Below, piece by piece: positions 34,561 through 47,848 of a stretch of 64,000 nucleotides of DNA. Positions within the stretch are counted from its first letter, which is position 1. Every line of letters begins with the position of its first letter. Source of the DNA: Mobula hypostoma (taxonomy: Eukaryota); NCBI RefSeq assembly GCF_963921235.1, contig NC_086097.1:55306001-55370000 (forward strand). Direction: 5' to 3'. The notes below the pieces were generated by a model. The model made no database searches, was not told the DNA's origin, and was given only the letters and a program-made list of their open reading frames with translations. The position numbers and the translations under genes are program-made.

Positions 34561-35369
34561 GATAGCAGTATAAATCTCTCCAGAGCAGAATATAGATTTT
34601 ACCAATGGTTGAATATAACACCCTCAAATGGTTGAATGTAAATTCCAAGGCATGAATTCCATGTTATTTGATGTCACTGTTCATGTCCCATGACATTCAT
34701 GTGTTTGTGTAATTGTATAATAGAGGAACAGAAATAATTTTTCTTATGTCTTTAACACACACAATATAGAGATACTGGTATTTGGGTTTTAAATTCTTTC
34801 ATGCAGTGCACATAAAACTGCCGCATGCCATAAAATTCTTAGCCTTTCAAGTTTTCATTAGTTCAGTGATGTCTGTTGATTGCACCGAAGACAGCTGGAA
34901 AATTGCAAACCTGTGTGTGAGCAGGAAATCACTCAGCTTCTGGACATTAGCATTTTACTGCACAAGTGTGTTCTCCAGAAGTTACTGTCAGTTTCATGGC
35001 TTAATGACAGCAAATGCTGACAGCTTTGCTCTCATAACAACGGCTGAATCCGGGTCAATGTAACCCCTAGGGTGGTGGAATACGTCATTGTACCAACTTG
35101 GCAGTTCTTTTTTTCCCGGCTTAGTTTTGATTTTTTCAAAAATAAAACAGGTGCATCCGAAGTCAGTAATTGTCCACTGGATTGGGGGCACATAGCCCCT
35201 TTTTTTTTAAATATAAAATTCAGCTGATAAGTAGGGCCTTGGTGTTACTTATTATGACTAAGCCTGATGCTGAAAAATTTAGCTGAACATATTGTAGTTG
35301 AAACAAATTTCAGGAGATTTTGAATGGAAAATATGCCACTACTACAAATCTTTCCTCTTTCTTTTATTG

Positions 35370-35834
35370 CAATCAGTGACCACTATATTAGGTGGTACTT
35401 TGTAGCCCATCCACTTCAAGGTTTGACGTGTTATGCACTCAGAGATGCTCCTGTGCACACCACTGTTGTAACGTGTGGTTATTTGAGTTACTGTCACCTT
35501 CCTGTCAGCTTAAACCAGTCTGGCCATTCTCCTCTGACCTTTCACATTTACAAAGCATTTTCACCCATAGTCTTTCATTTCTCGCAACATTCTCTGTAAA
35601 CTCTACTGTTGTGCGTGAGAATCCCAGGAGATCAGTAGTTTCTGAGAAACTACCCCTTCTGGCATCAACAATCATCCACTATGTAAGTCACTTACATCAC
35701 ATTTCTCCTCCATTCTGATGTCTGAACCTCTTGACCTTGTCTGCATGCTTTCATGCATTGAGTTGCTGCAACATGATTTGCTGAATAGATATTTGCATTA
35801 TGAGCAGGTGTACCTAATAAAGTGGCCACTGAGT
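35370..35834 (-). mobile_element. Non-autonomous Tc1-type element (same family as 20039-20548)
   Basis: TIRs TCAGTGACCACTATATTAGGT / ACCTAATAAAGTGGCCACTGAGT; body is the reverse complement of 20040-20470. Confidence 0.85.
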
Positions 35835-35917
35835 ATATTATTTGTTTACTTGTTTGTACTTTGAAAAAATGTAGAAAAATAATAGAATAATTGTCAATCT
35901 TTTTGATTTAGTTTTGC

Positions 35918-36812
35918 TGTAGGACACAGGAGCAGAATTAGGCTATTTGGCCCATGGAGTCTGCAGAGCCATTCGATCGTGGCTAAAATATTTTCCCTCA
36001 GCCCCAGTCTCCTGCCTTCATCCTGTAACGTTTGATGCTATTACTAAATAAGACCCTGTCAAACTCTGCTTTAACTCCCCATTTTCCACTTCCTTGCCCA
36101 TTGTCCTAGTCTGTCCTAGTCCTTCTGCAGTCTACCTGCTTCTTCAACACTACCTGCCCCTCGTTGTACCATCCACAAATTTGGCCACAAAGCCATCAAT
36201 TCCATTATCCAGATTATTAATATATAACGTGAAAAGAAATGGGCCCAACACTGATTTCTGATGAATACCACTAGTCACCAATAGCCAACCAGAAAAGACC
36301 CTCTTTATTCCAACTTTTTGCCTTCTGCCATTCAGCTAATCTGTCTTTGCTAGGACCTTTCCTGTAATAGCAGCCTCTGGGGTTGCTATTATCTGGTTTA
36401 GCAGCCTCATGTGTGACAGCTTGTCAAAGGCTTTCTGAAGATCCAAGTACACAACATCCACCAATTCTCCTTTGTCTATCCTGTTTGTTACTTTCTCAAA
36501 GAATTCCAACAGATTTCCCCTTGTGGAAACCATGCTGACCTATTTTATCATGAGCCTCCAAGTACCTCAAAACCTCGTTCTTAATAATGGACGCTAATCT
36601 CTTGCCGACCACTGGAGTTAGGCTAACTGGCCTGTCTGTTTCATGTTTGTTGCCTCCTTCCCTTCCTTAAGAGTGGAGTGACAACTACAATTTTCCGGTT
36701 CTCTGGAACCATTCCAGAATTAAGTGAGTCTTGAACGATCAATACTAATGCCAGCACAATCTCTTCAACTACATCTTTTACAATGTACATAATAAGTTGA
36801 GTCCATCTGGTC
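35918..36812 (-). mobile_element. CR1 LINE with internal deletions
   Basis: NLLEFFEKVT..VDVVYLDLQKAFDKLSH; CR1 3' UTR at 35918-36075. Confidence 0.85.
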
Positions 36813-39149
36813 TTGTGATATAGAATCAGCTCTTATAATTAAGTGACATTAATGCTCAACAGACTTTTATTTTTTATCCATTTCCATGCATTACATCTGT
36901 AAAACAGAGTGAGGAGCTCATCATGTTAAAATAGCCAGTGAAATGGAGAAAATGGCTTAACAGAGAATTATTCACAGAACATACAGCAACAAAAAAATCA
37001 AATGCATGGTTTTTAGGACGAACAGTTAATATTTAGAGAGAAGGGTGATATCACTGGGGAGAAAACTTGGATGTAGGATAATTTTACAGAACTAAAACAT
37101 GACTGAATTAAATCCATCTGTGTGATGAATCTCTAGTTTAATGTTGATATCATTTGAATGAATGAACACTGGGTGCTATCAATGTTGTTCTCATCTGTTA
37201 AACTTCACCTATACCATGAGCTCTCGTATCTTGGATATGGACAATTAGATGGTCACACTTTGCAACAGATTGGCTCAAAGATGGTGTTCATTAATCATCA
37301 GAAAATTGTAATGGAATAGTTAAGAAAAACTAAATGACCAGTGACAGGTTTTTAAAGTTTTGAAATCCATAAATCTTTAAAGACCAATGAATGAACGTAG
37401 ATAACCACTTAAGTTACTCAGACTGCTTTTTAAAAATGCAAGTGATATCCTTTTTTATAAAAAGTGTAGTATTTTGTTGAACTGTCTCAAATCCTGTGGT
37501 GTACATTATGCCTTTTCTCCCAGGGCATAATCTGTGTCAGAGGCCAACATCTGTGCTGTCTGTGTAACTGAATTCTTCCTTGCTTGTTGGTCTCCTAGAT
37601 TACTTTCACATCCCTAGCCCACACTGAGTACGTTAAAACATTAACATATTATTTCTTAATCGTTGCTGTTCAGTCACCAAATTATCAAGATTAGTGGTTG
37701 AAGCAGAGACTCTATTGACCTTCAAGATGAAATTGAATAAATAGAGGAAGGCATCACATGATGGGGTGGGGGACTGGTGGTAGGGTAAAGGCGATATGAC
37801 ATAAGGACAGGTGAAAATGTTCAGACTTGTGCAGTGTCAGTGGCATCATTAATTAAACTGAGCAACACACTAGAGTACTGTAGTTTCTATTGACTGGAAA
37901 CTGGATCACACAGAGCTGTTTTTTTTCCATTGCTGTGTAATTAAAAATTGATTTAACCTGGAGTAAATCACATTTACGATCATTTCTGGGTCAAATCACA
38001 CCATCTGCAAATTTTAACTGGGCCCTTGAGTCCTTGTTGTGATGCTGTTTGTTGTGAAATGGATGTTTTAGGTGTCAATTGATAGTGAGTTTTGATTCAA
38101 TGAGACAATGAGCAAAGGCGTACACGTTTCACTGCATTGGTATCAATCTACCACACCCTTTGGGGAGTAATGGAAATTCATTTTATGTGAATTTTGATGA
38201 TAGACTTTCATAAGATCATAGAATATCTGCAATACAGAGGGCCAGTTACTTGTAGACAAATGCAATCCAGCCTAATCCCATTTTTTGATATCAGTTATGT
38301 ATCCCTTCAATTATTCATGCTCTGTTTTTGTTTTCCTCCACCCCCCCCCCCCGCTTCTAAGGTCCTTCCTATTTGCTATACCTGGGTCCTTAATAATGTC
38401 GTCATGCACAGCAGTTAAGAAGTCTTTCCTAAGCAATCCAGACATTTCTTTATTGCTACTATTTTCAGCTCCTGTGATAATCTTCCTAATCCCTATTTTA
38501 CCCTCACTACAATCACATTTTTCCAGTACCATAAGGATCAGGAATGTTATAGAGTATTTAAATTGTAGTCTAGCTAGTGTTGTACATAGTTCCAGTATTA
38601 CCTCGCTGCACTTGTATTTCATGTCTTAGCTAATTATGCTGAAATACCCTCTGATTAAATTTATGGCTGTTTTAAGTGCTGTTGATAATAATTTGGGGAT
38701 AAATCTACCATTGTTTTCCAAAACAAGTATCCTTTTTACCTGTGACCTGAGAACAGTTTTTTTAGAAGTGAGACTTCATTTATTTTCAGAGTAGGCACTT
38801 AAGATATTCTAAGATAAACTAATTGAGAGACCCTGCTCATTGTAGTTGGATAAAGATTATGATTTATGGTCTATGGTCTTTAGTAGCTCATTGTTATTGG
38901 ATCTCTTGACAAGGGACTAAAATTGTTATATCAACTCTGTTGCTTACTATAAATCTAGATTTGTAAAATTCTTCAGCGATACTAACACCTAATGGGTAAG
39001 TCATATCAATGGTGCACCCACTTCCGCCCAGCCAGGGCCCTTATCAACTTCTAGGAAATTAAATATTAATTTATGCATCAAGCATATCTCTTCTGTACCC
39101 CAGTATGTTTATGCTTCTTCCATATGGTTTCATGTGCGAACTTTTATGA

Positions 39150-39490
39150 GCCAATGCTGGAATCATTTCAGCCACGTTAAGGGCAAATAGAAGGGCGCTC
39201 TTTTCCAAAGAAAGAGGTCTAAAACTAGAGGTTAGAGTTTTAGGGTAACGGATAAGCGGTTTCAAAGGGATCTGAGCCGGTCTTTTTTTTTTGCCCATCC
39301 AGAAGGTGGTTGGAATCGGAATGTACAGCCCGGAAGCACATATTCTCACAACATTTAAGATGTATCTAAACAGAAATTGAATGGCTGAGAGAAGGCTTTG
39401 AACCAGGTGTTGTTAAACAGAATGAGTGTATAGGGGTACTTGAGTGACAGGGAGAGCACAGGGGCTGAAGTGCCTGTTCTGTTACATAAC
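39150..39490 (+). mobile_element. Old CR1 3' end
   Basis: LFSKERGLKLE..RFQRDL..QKVVGI-like decayed text and ggggctgaagtgcctgttctgt UTR. Confidence 0.55.
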
Positions 39491-40147
39491 TCGGTGACAA
39501 TTGCTTAGTTAATATCTTCAACACCTTTTATCTACAGATAGTTTGAGAACATTGAAAGCATGTTGGCAGACTGATCTCTAGTACATGAATCTTTCTTACC
39601 AGCTAAAATTGAAGCTGCACTGATGGGCTGAACCATGGACACCTGGATCTGAATCTGAAATGTTTTCATGTAGCTTTTAGACAACAAAAAAAAATTGCAG
39701 ATATCAAAAACTGACATTTGAAAATGATAAATTACATAGAAACACTTTAATGGAATGTATGCATTACATGCAGTATATAACTGATATTTCCTTAGAAAAG
39801 TATCATATATTACATAGTGCCAATGTGTCTGTATGATGTACCTGCGGTCATTTTCTTGATCATGAAACCTGTATCTCAGCATTCTGTGTGATGATAACTT
39901 TCTGTGTAGGAAGTCTGCATGGTTGGTAAGTGTTAAGCTTTTTAACAGTCTGAAATATACATTTGAGAAGTATGAACTGCAGGCTTCTCAATATAAGATT
40001 TAAGTTAGATACTTACCAGGATTTCTTATTTAGTTTTTAAACCAGCTGGTGGATTTAATTCCTGTGAAAGATTTTACAATGAGAAGGTTTACTCTCCAAA
40101 TTGAACCATGTATTTTTTTAAAAAAGTCTAACTCAACTGAGCATGAT

Positions 40148-40672
40148 GTTCAAAGGTAAATTTGTTATCAGAGTGCATATACGTCACCATGTACAGCCTT
40201 GAGATGGATTATCTTGTAAGCATTCCCAGTAAATACAAAGAAACACAAAAGAATCTGTGAAAGACTGTATCCAAGCAGATGAACAAACACCCATGTGCAA
40301 GAGACAACAAACTGCAAATACAAAAAGGGAGAGGAGAAAAATAAATAAATAAATAAGCAATAAATATTGAAAATGTGAGATGAGTATGTCCATGGGACAG
40401 TTCAGTGTTGGGGTGATTGAAGTTATCTCCTCTGGTTGAAGAACTTGATGGTTGAGGGTGACGAGTGTCACTGGATCTGGTTCTTGAGGCTCCTGTACCT
40501 CATTCCTAAAGGCAGCAATGAGAAGAGATGAAGGTCTGGGTGGTGGGGATCCTTGATGATCGGTGCTGCTTTTCTGCGATAATGCTCCGTACACTTGTGC
40601 TCAGTGGTAGGGAGTGCTTTCCCCCGATACACTGGACCATATCCACTATTTTTTTTTGTAGTCTTTTCCATT
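40148..40672 (-). mobile_element. Rex1/Babar LINE 3' end, degenerate
   Basis: RRKAAPIIKDPHHPDLHLFSLLPLGMRYRSLK. Confidence 0.8.
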
Positions 40673-40679
40673 TAAATGT

Positions 40680-42020
40680 GTGGAAATCGAAGGCCTGATG
40701 CTTGCATTGAGTCAGTGCTGGTTAATCAACTGGCCGGTGTATTTACTGACATTTTTAACCTTTCCTTGCTTCAGTGTGATGTCACCACCTGCGTTAAAAG
40801 GTCACTATCATCCCATTTCCTAAGAAAAACGCAGTGGCTCTGACATCTACCACCATGAAGTACTTTGAGAGACACGCATTAACTCTAGCCTCCCAGACAA
40901 CCTTGATCCACTGCAATTCCCCAACTGCTGAAACAGGTCTATGCTGAATGCCATCTCTCTGGCCATTACACTCATTTCTGGAGCATCTAAACAATGAAGG
41001 TACCCACATTAGACTATTGTTTATTTAAGGCAGAGCTGTATTCAATACTATAATTCCAAGTAAACTCTTGGACCAAACTCCAGACCCTAGAAGTAGATAC
41101 CTCCCTCTGTAAATGGATCCTTGATTTCCTGCCCAACAGACCACAATGAGGAAGGATAGATGAGTATGATTATTCTAAAGACCAGTGCTCCACAAGCTTG
41201 TAACCTCATCCAACTAATCTACTCCCTGTACACTCATGACTGTGTGGTTAGATTCTGCTCTAATCTTTCCCTCTGTGTAAATAAGACCGAAGAACTGGCC
41301 ATTGACTTCACAAAATGGGGCAGTGCACATGCTCCTGTCTGCATCAATGGTGTTGAAGTTGAGAGCTGGTCCAACCTTTTCTAGTCTCACCACAAAGATG
41401 CCCTGGCTAAAAAAGCTAACTAATGCCTTTATTTCCTCGAGGATAAAGAAATTCGATGTGTTGACCCTTACTGATTTTTATTGATGCACCATAGAAAGCA
41501 TCCTACCTGGATGTGTCACACCTGGTACGGTAACTGCTCTGCACATGACTGTAGTAAACTGCAGGGAAATGTCAACACATCTCAGCACATCACAGAAATC
41601 AGGACTCTCTCTATCCTCTCTGTCTCTGCAAAATAGCCAGAATAATAAAGGCCCCTCTCCACTATCCCCAGACATTCTTTTCTCTTCCTCCATTGTGCAG
41701 AAAATGCGCACTGCCAGGCTCAGGGCCAGCTTCTACACTGCTGTTATAATACTATTCAATGGTTTGATAGTATGATAAGATAGACTCTTGACCTCACAAT
41801 CTACCTCACTATGATCTTGCACCTTATTGCTTACCTGCTCTGCACTTTCTGTGCAGCCAATACACTTCATTCTGCATTTTGCTTTCTGTTATTGTTTTAG
41901 CTTGTACTACCTCAGTGCACTTTGTAATGATTTAATCTGCATGAGCAATTTGGAAGACATGTTTTTCACTGTATCTCGGCGCATGCGACAGCAATAAACC
42001 AATTCCAGTTCTGGTTCCAA
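40680..42020 (+). mobile_element. Rex1/Babar LINE, old, internally deleted
   Basis: QLAGVFTDIFNLSL, TSAPQACNLIQLIYSLYTHDCV, LCVNKTEELAIDF, RLRASFYTAVI; caataaaccaattcc tail. Confidence 0.8.
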
Positions 42021-43310
42021 TAATGACTGGTGTGTCAATGGCTTCTGATACTTGGGGCTGGTGATCACGGTTCCCTGATGGCAGTACTTACTTTAAACAT
42101 TTGCCTTTTGTTGACAATTTAATTATGTGAGTTCTGGATGGAATTGGGAACCCAAAATGAAAGCTTGTTATTTTGCAAAATCATCTATTTAATTGATCTG
42201 ATTACTACTGAGAAAAAATAAGGCAAGAGTTATTAATAGTATTGCTGAACAATTGTTATTGGAAAATTAATTTCAATAGATATTTGTGTGAGATGCATTA
42301 TCTACTGAGGTAGCCGGAAATGTACAGTGGTTAGTGATGCACTCCTGAAAGCTGTTTTGTGATTTTTTTTCTTCAGCAGGTCTCAGACTTGGCAGACTGG
42401 TGCCATGAATCTGCTTGAGATAGGTTCAATTTGTATTAAAAATGTAGTAAAAGCTTATTGCTTGCAGTGACACATGATCAGAACCCCTTGCAAAAATCTG
42501 ATTGTGACCCCCCCCCATCTCCATATGCAACCAGATTAAAACCCATACTTCTTTCCAGCATTCTAACACAACTCTTCCCAGAACACTGCAACAAAAACCT
42601 TGATGCCTGAGCTGCTTCCTAACTGATTCCCTGACCCCCCGCCCCAACCCGAGTCTCTGTTCCAACTCGAACACATGGTGATCTGGGATCCAGATTGGAA
42701 AACCAGCTAGCTCCACAGCAGTGGTGGGTGTGAGAAAGGTCTTCGAGTCAATTAATTACATGAGGCTGATTTTGATGCATGAAAGATACAGTGAGACCTC
42801 TTGTGAAGTTGAACTTTGCAGTGGAAGCTGTCAATAGAAATACTTCTCAGCCCACTGAACATTTGTTTAATACATATTTCCATTCTCAAAAAAATCTGGG
42901 GCAATATAATGTAACTTGACAGCAGTTGTTTGTATGTTTAAAATCATTTAATCAAATAGCTATCATGTACACACTTGTAAGCATAAGTGATTTTTAAATC
43001 TTATGTGAGGAAATAGAAACAAATTTTTATCTATCAAAAATGTTGCGGTTCTGATTTTTACCACAGACTCAATTCTATTTGAACAATTCCTTTGTTAATA
43101 TTTGAAATTTACTTTGAATTTTTAACTTGATGTAAATAGGCTTTTCCTCTTGTATCCTGGTTCTTTCATTCAACTTCACTTCACTTCAGTTCTGTTTGTA
43201 CTTGATTGTACAATCTGAATGATGGTGCAAGAATCCAAATGATGATGATACCCAGGAATCTCACTGCATGTTCTATGGGCTAACTTACAGCTTCTCTCAA
43301 GAAGAACCAG

Positions 43311-43510
43311 AAACATGAGAAATTCTACAGGTGCTGGAAATCCAAAGCAACACACAGAAAATGCTGGAGGAACTCAGCAGGCCAGGCAGCATCTATGGAA
43401 AAGAGTTGACGTTTCAGGCCGACACCCTTTATCGGGACTTGCCTGAAAGGTTAACCCTTTTTCATAGAAGCTGTTTGGCCCACTGAGTTGCTTCAGCATT
43501 CTTGTGCTGC
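43311..43510. mobile_element. PLE-tail fold-back (minus tail + hammerhead remnant, then plus tail)
   Basis: atgctggaggaactcagcaggccaggcagcatctatggaaa ... tttcatagaagctgtttggcccactgagttgcttcagcat. Confidence 0.75.
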
Positions 43511-43873
43511 TTCCCTCAAGGACGATCTTTCCCACATATCAGGAGTTTCAGATCCTGCTGCATACAATTTTATAAGTTATTTTGAATTGTTCTAAGCACA
43601 TACACAGAAAATTCTGACATAATCAGGAGAAGAGACACAGGAGTTGTACAAAAGGAAACCCAGGGGAATTGAAGAACAAAAGGAATGATGGTGTAGGGAG
43701 AGACAGGTTGACAATACAATACTGAATCTGAATCACCGGCATGTGACGTGAGATTTGTTAACTTAGTAGCAGCACTTCAATGCAGTACAGTACGTAGTCG
43801 GGGGGGGGGGCGGGGGAGGAGGGAAGGAGAGAGAGAGAATAAAATAAAACAATAATAAACAAGTAAATCAATT

Positions 43874-44729
43874 AACACACATCAAAGTTGCTGGTGAACA
43901 CAGCAGGCCAGGCAGCATCTCTAGGAGGAGGTACAGTCGACGTTTCAGGCCGAGACCCTTCGTCAGCACTAACTGAAGGAAGAGTTAGTAAGAGATTTGA
44001 AAGTGGGAGGGGGAGGGGGAGATCCAAAATGATAGGAGAAGACAGGAGAGGGAGGGATGGAGCCAAGAGCTGGACAGGTGATTGGCAAAGGGGATACGAG
44101 AGGATCATGGGACAGGAGGTCCGGGGAGAAAGAAAAGGGGGAAGGAGGGAAAGCCCAGAGGATGGGCAAAGGGTATAGTGAGAGGGACAAAGGGAGAAAA
44201 AGGAGAGAGAGAGAAAGAATGTGTGTATAAAAATAAATAACGGATGGGGTACGAGGGGGAGGTGGGGCATTAGTGGAAGTTAGAGAAGTCAATGTTCATG
44301 CCATCAGGTTGGAGGCTACCCAGACGGAATATAAGGTGTTGTTCCTCCAACCTGAGTGTGGTTTCATCTTTACAGTAGAGGAGGCCGTGGATAGACATGT
44401 CAGAATGGGAATGGGATGTGGAATTAAAATGTGTGGCCACTGGGAGATCCTGCTTTCTCTGGCGGACAGAGCGTAGGTGCTACACATGCCCGTACACTTC
44501 TTCCCTTACCACCATTCAGGGCCCCAGACAGTCCTTCCAGGTGAGTCAACACTTCACCTGTGAGTCGACTGGGGTGATATACTGCGTCCGGTGCTCCCGA
44601 TGTGGCCTTCTATGTATTGGCGAGACCTGACGCAGACTGGGAGACCATTTTGCTGAACACCTACGCTCTATCCGCCAGAGAAAGCAGGATCTCCCAGTGG
44701 CCACACATTTTAATTCCACATCCCATTCA
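43874..44729 (-). mobile_element. PLE with internal inversion (minus 43874-44479, plus 44477-44729)
   Basis: Tail, hammerhead, UTR and GIY-YIG end on minus; CYTCPY..GVIYCVRC..CIGET on plus; GTG microhomology at the junction. Confidence 0.9.
43935..43970 (-). ncRNA. Minimal hammerhead ribozyme, core intact, one stem I mismatch
   Basis: Sense AGTG-CTGACGA-AGG-gtctcgg-CCT-GAAAC-GTC^GACT. Confidence 0.75.
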
Positions 44730-45019
44730 CATGACTTAATCGGATGGCAGAGGGGAAGAAGCTGTTCCTGAATCGCTGAGTGTGTGCCTTCAGGCTTCTG
44801 TATCTCCTTTCTGAGACACCGCTCCCTAAAGATGTCCTGGGTACTTTGTAGGCTAGAGCCCAAGATGGAGCTGACTAGATTTACAACCTTCTGCAGATTC
44901 TTTCGGTCCTGTGCAGTAGTTCCCCCATACCAGACAGTGATGCAGCCTGTCAGAATGCTCTCCACAGTACAACTATAGAAGATTATGAGTGTATTTGTTG
45001 ACATACCAAATCTCTTCAA

Positions 45020-46537
45020 CATAGAAACATAGAAAATAGGTGCAGGAGTAGGCCATTCAGCCCTTTGAGCCTGCACCGCCATTCAGTATGATCATGGCTG
45101 ATCATCCAATTCAGAACCCTGTACCAGCCTTCCCTCCATACCCCTTGATCCCTTTAGCCACAAGGGCCATAGCTAACTCCCTCTTAAATATAGCCAATGA
45201 ACTGGCCTCAACTGTTTCCTGTGGCAGAAAATTCCACAGATTCACCACTCTCTGTGTGAAGAAGTTTTTCCTCATCTCGGTCCTAAAAGGCTTCCCCTTT
45301 ATCCTTAAACTGTGACCCCTCGTTCTGGACTTCCCCAACATCGGGAACAATCTTCCTGCATCTAGCCTGTCCAATCCCTTTAGGATTTTATACGTTTCAA
45401 TAAGATCCCCCCTCAATCTTCTGAATTCCAGAGAGTATAAGCCTAGTTGATCCAGTCTTTCATTATATGAAAGTCCTGCCATCCCAGAAATCAATCTGGT
45501 GAACCTTCTTTGTACTCCCTCTATGGCAAGAATGTCTTTCCTCAGATCAGGGGACCAAAACTGCACACAATACTCCAGGTGTGATCTCACCAAGGCCTTG
45601 TACAACTGCAGTAGTACCTCCCTGCTCCTGTGCTCGAACCCTCTTGCTATGAATGTCAGCATACCATTCGCCTTTTTCACCGCCTGCTGTACCTGCATGC
45701 CCACTTTCAAAGACTGGTGTATAATGACACCCAGGTCTCGTTGCACCTCCCCTTTTCTTAATTGGCCACCATTCAGATAATAATCTGTTTTCCTGTTTTT
45801 GCCACCAAAGTGGATAACTTCACATTTATCCACATTAAATTGCCTCTACCATGAATTTGCCCACTCACCTAACCTATCCAAGTCACCCTGCATCCTCTTA
45901 GCATCCTCCTCACTGCTAACACTGCCACCCAGCTTCGTGTCATCCGCAAACTTGGAGATGCTGCATTTAATTCCCTCATCTAAGTCATTAATATATAATG
46001 TAAACAACTGGGGTCCCAGCACTGAGCCTTGCGGTACCCCACTAGTCACTGCCTGCCATTCTGAAAAGGTCCTGTTTATTCCCACTCTTTACTTCCTGTC
46101 TGCCAACCAATTCTCTATCCACATCAATACCTTACCCTCAATACAGTGTGCTTTAAGTTTGCACACTAATCTCCTGTGTGGGACCTTGTCAAAAGCCTTT
46201 TGAAAATCCAAATATACCACATCCACTGGTTCTCCCCTATCCACTCTACTAGTTACATCCTCAAAAAATTCTATGAGATTCGTCAGACATGATTGTGCTT
46301 TCACAAATCCATACTGACTTTGTCTGATGATTTCACTGCTTTCCAAATGTGCTGTTATCACATCTTTGATAACTGACTCTAGCAGTTTCCCCACCACTGA
46401 TGTTAGGCTAACTGATCTATAATTCCCCGGTTTCTCTCTCCCTTCTTTTTTAAAAAGCAGGGTTACATTAGCCACCCTCCAATCCTCAGGAACTAGTCCA
46501 GAATCTAAAGAGTTTTGAAAAATTATCACTAATGCAT
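45020..46537 (-). mobile_element. Young 5'-truncated CR1 LINE
   Basis: Near-continuous ORF2 pieces 46089-46529, 45846-46085, 45111-45833 (VYLDFQKAFDKVPH, SGVPQGSVLGP, KFADDTKLGG, FFTQRVVNLWN); catagaaacatagaaa tail. Confidence 0.95.
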
Positions 46538-47621
46538 ACTCCTAATAAAGTATAGCCGCTGTCTTGCCTTCTTTATAACTACCTCGATATATTGGGACCA
46601 GGTTAGATCCTCAGAGATCTTGACACCAAGGAACTTCAAGCTGCTCACTTTCTCCACTTCTGATCCCTCTATGAGAATTGGTATGTGTTCCTTCATCTTA
46701 CCCTTCCATCTGCAGATAGTATTGCCTTAAGCATAAAAGGCTTGCAGTATCTCAAAGAACTAAATCGTGCCATCTCAGATTTGCATGATCTATATTGCTT
46801 GTATTGGACAGTTCAGAATCTATATGATTCTTAAAGGCTCATTTCTCTTCAAGCTGTTGCAACTATATTTCCTGTCATGGTCTCTCATACCCTGCTGGAG
46901 ACGATGGGGCCTTTTGTTCTGTTTGTTTATCAGGGTTTCCTGTCTGTCAGGATCAATTCTCAATTGCTTTGCACTCGTTTGCATGCATGTTCATAGTGAA
47001 GTTTGGGGCATTCTGTTTCTCTTGTTCCCTCCAATGGTTCCCTGTAAATCATTTCCTTGACGATATGACAATCTTTCTATTTGATCAGATGACCTTGCTG
47101 GATTAGAAGGCAGTCACACAGTAGAAAATGGGGAGAAATGTGAAGATCTGGTGTAAAAGGTTTTAGTAAAATTGCAGAGGGACATGGTTGTTGAGAAAGT
47201 TGATGATCCTGATAAATACGAATGGTAGTTTGCGTGGACAAACTGCAAACAGCAGGTTCCCAAGGCCTAAGAAAATGGCATAGAGAGATGGGCAGGACCC
47301 TTGGATATGCACCATTCTAGTAACTGTGTAATCAGTTTACACCATCTACAAACTCTGTGACCATACAGACATTCAGGTCAAACCGTTTTGTGGAATATTG
47401 CTGGGCAGTCAGCAGTGAGCAGAAGTGTACACCTGATCTGATTTTGTACCTTAGTGAGCAGCAGTGTTGCCACTGTGCATTCTGCATTATCCAATCTCTG
47501 ATCGACTGAATTAACAGTTGTGATTTAGAATTGGGGAAGGTTGTTTACCAACTCAAATAGCAGCTATTAGATGTCGTGCAATCTAAAAGGTTACCTTGAC
47601 TAATGACTTTGTCATACGATT

Positions 47622-47848
47622 TCCTGCCGGTGTCTGTAAGGAGTTTGTACGTTCTCCCCGTGACTACATGGGTTTCCTCCGATCGCTCTGCTTTACTCCC
47701 ACAGTCCAAAGACGTACTGATTGGTAGGATAATTGGTCACTGTAAATTGTCCCGTGATTGGGCTGGGGTTAAATCGGAGTTTGCTGGAGGCATGAGTTAA
47801 AGGACCAGAAAGGCCTATTCAGTGCTGTATCTCAACAAATAAATAAAT
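47622..47848 (+). mobile_element. V-SINE (HE1-like), 5'-truncated
   Basis: V-domain ggagtttgtacgttctccccgtgact.catgggtttcctcc...cccacagtccaaagac; CR1-like end ggcctattcagtgctgtatctc + (aaat)n. Confidence 0.8.

Larger units (their letters stand above)
43722..46707 (-). mobile_element. Rex1/Babar LINE in three pieces (43722-43873, 44735-45019, 46538-46707)
   Basis: (ctgaat)n tail; LKRFGMSTNTLIIFYSCTVESILTGCITVWYGG; the pieces join as ctcttcaa|actcctaat, as in the copy at 2234-2250. Confidence 0.85.

Noticed and set aside
42380..42423. Possible small plus-strand exon with GCCATG
   Set aside because: Acceptor is plausible but the donor (GTTCAA) is poor and the peptide is unrecognisable
43799..43840. 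G-rich tract as a functional G-quadruplex
   Set aside because: Low-complexity expansion inside a Rex1 3' UTR; homopolymer runs here and at 10206, 22588 and 62432 are uninformative and error-prone
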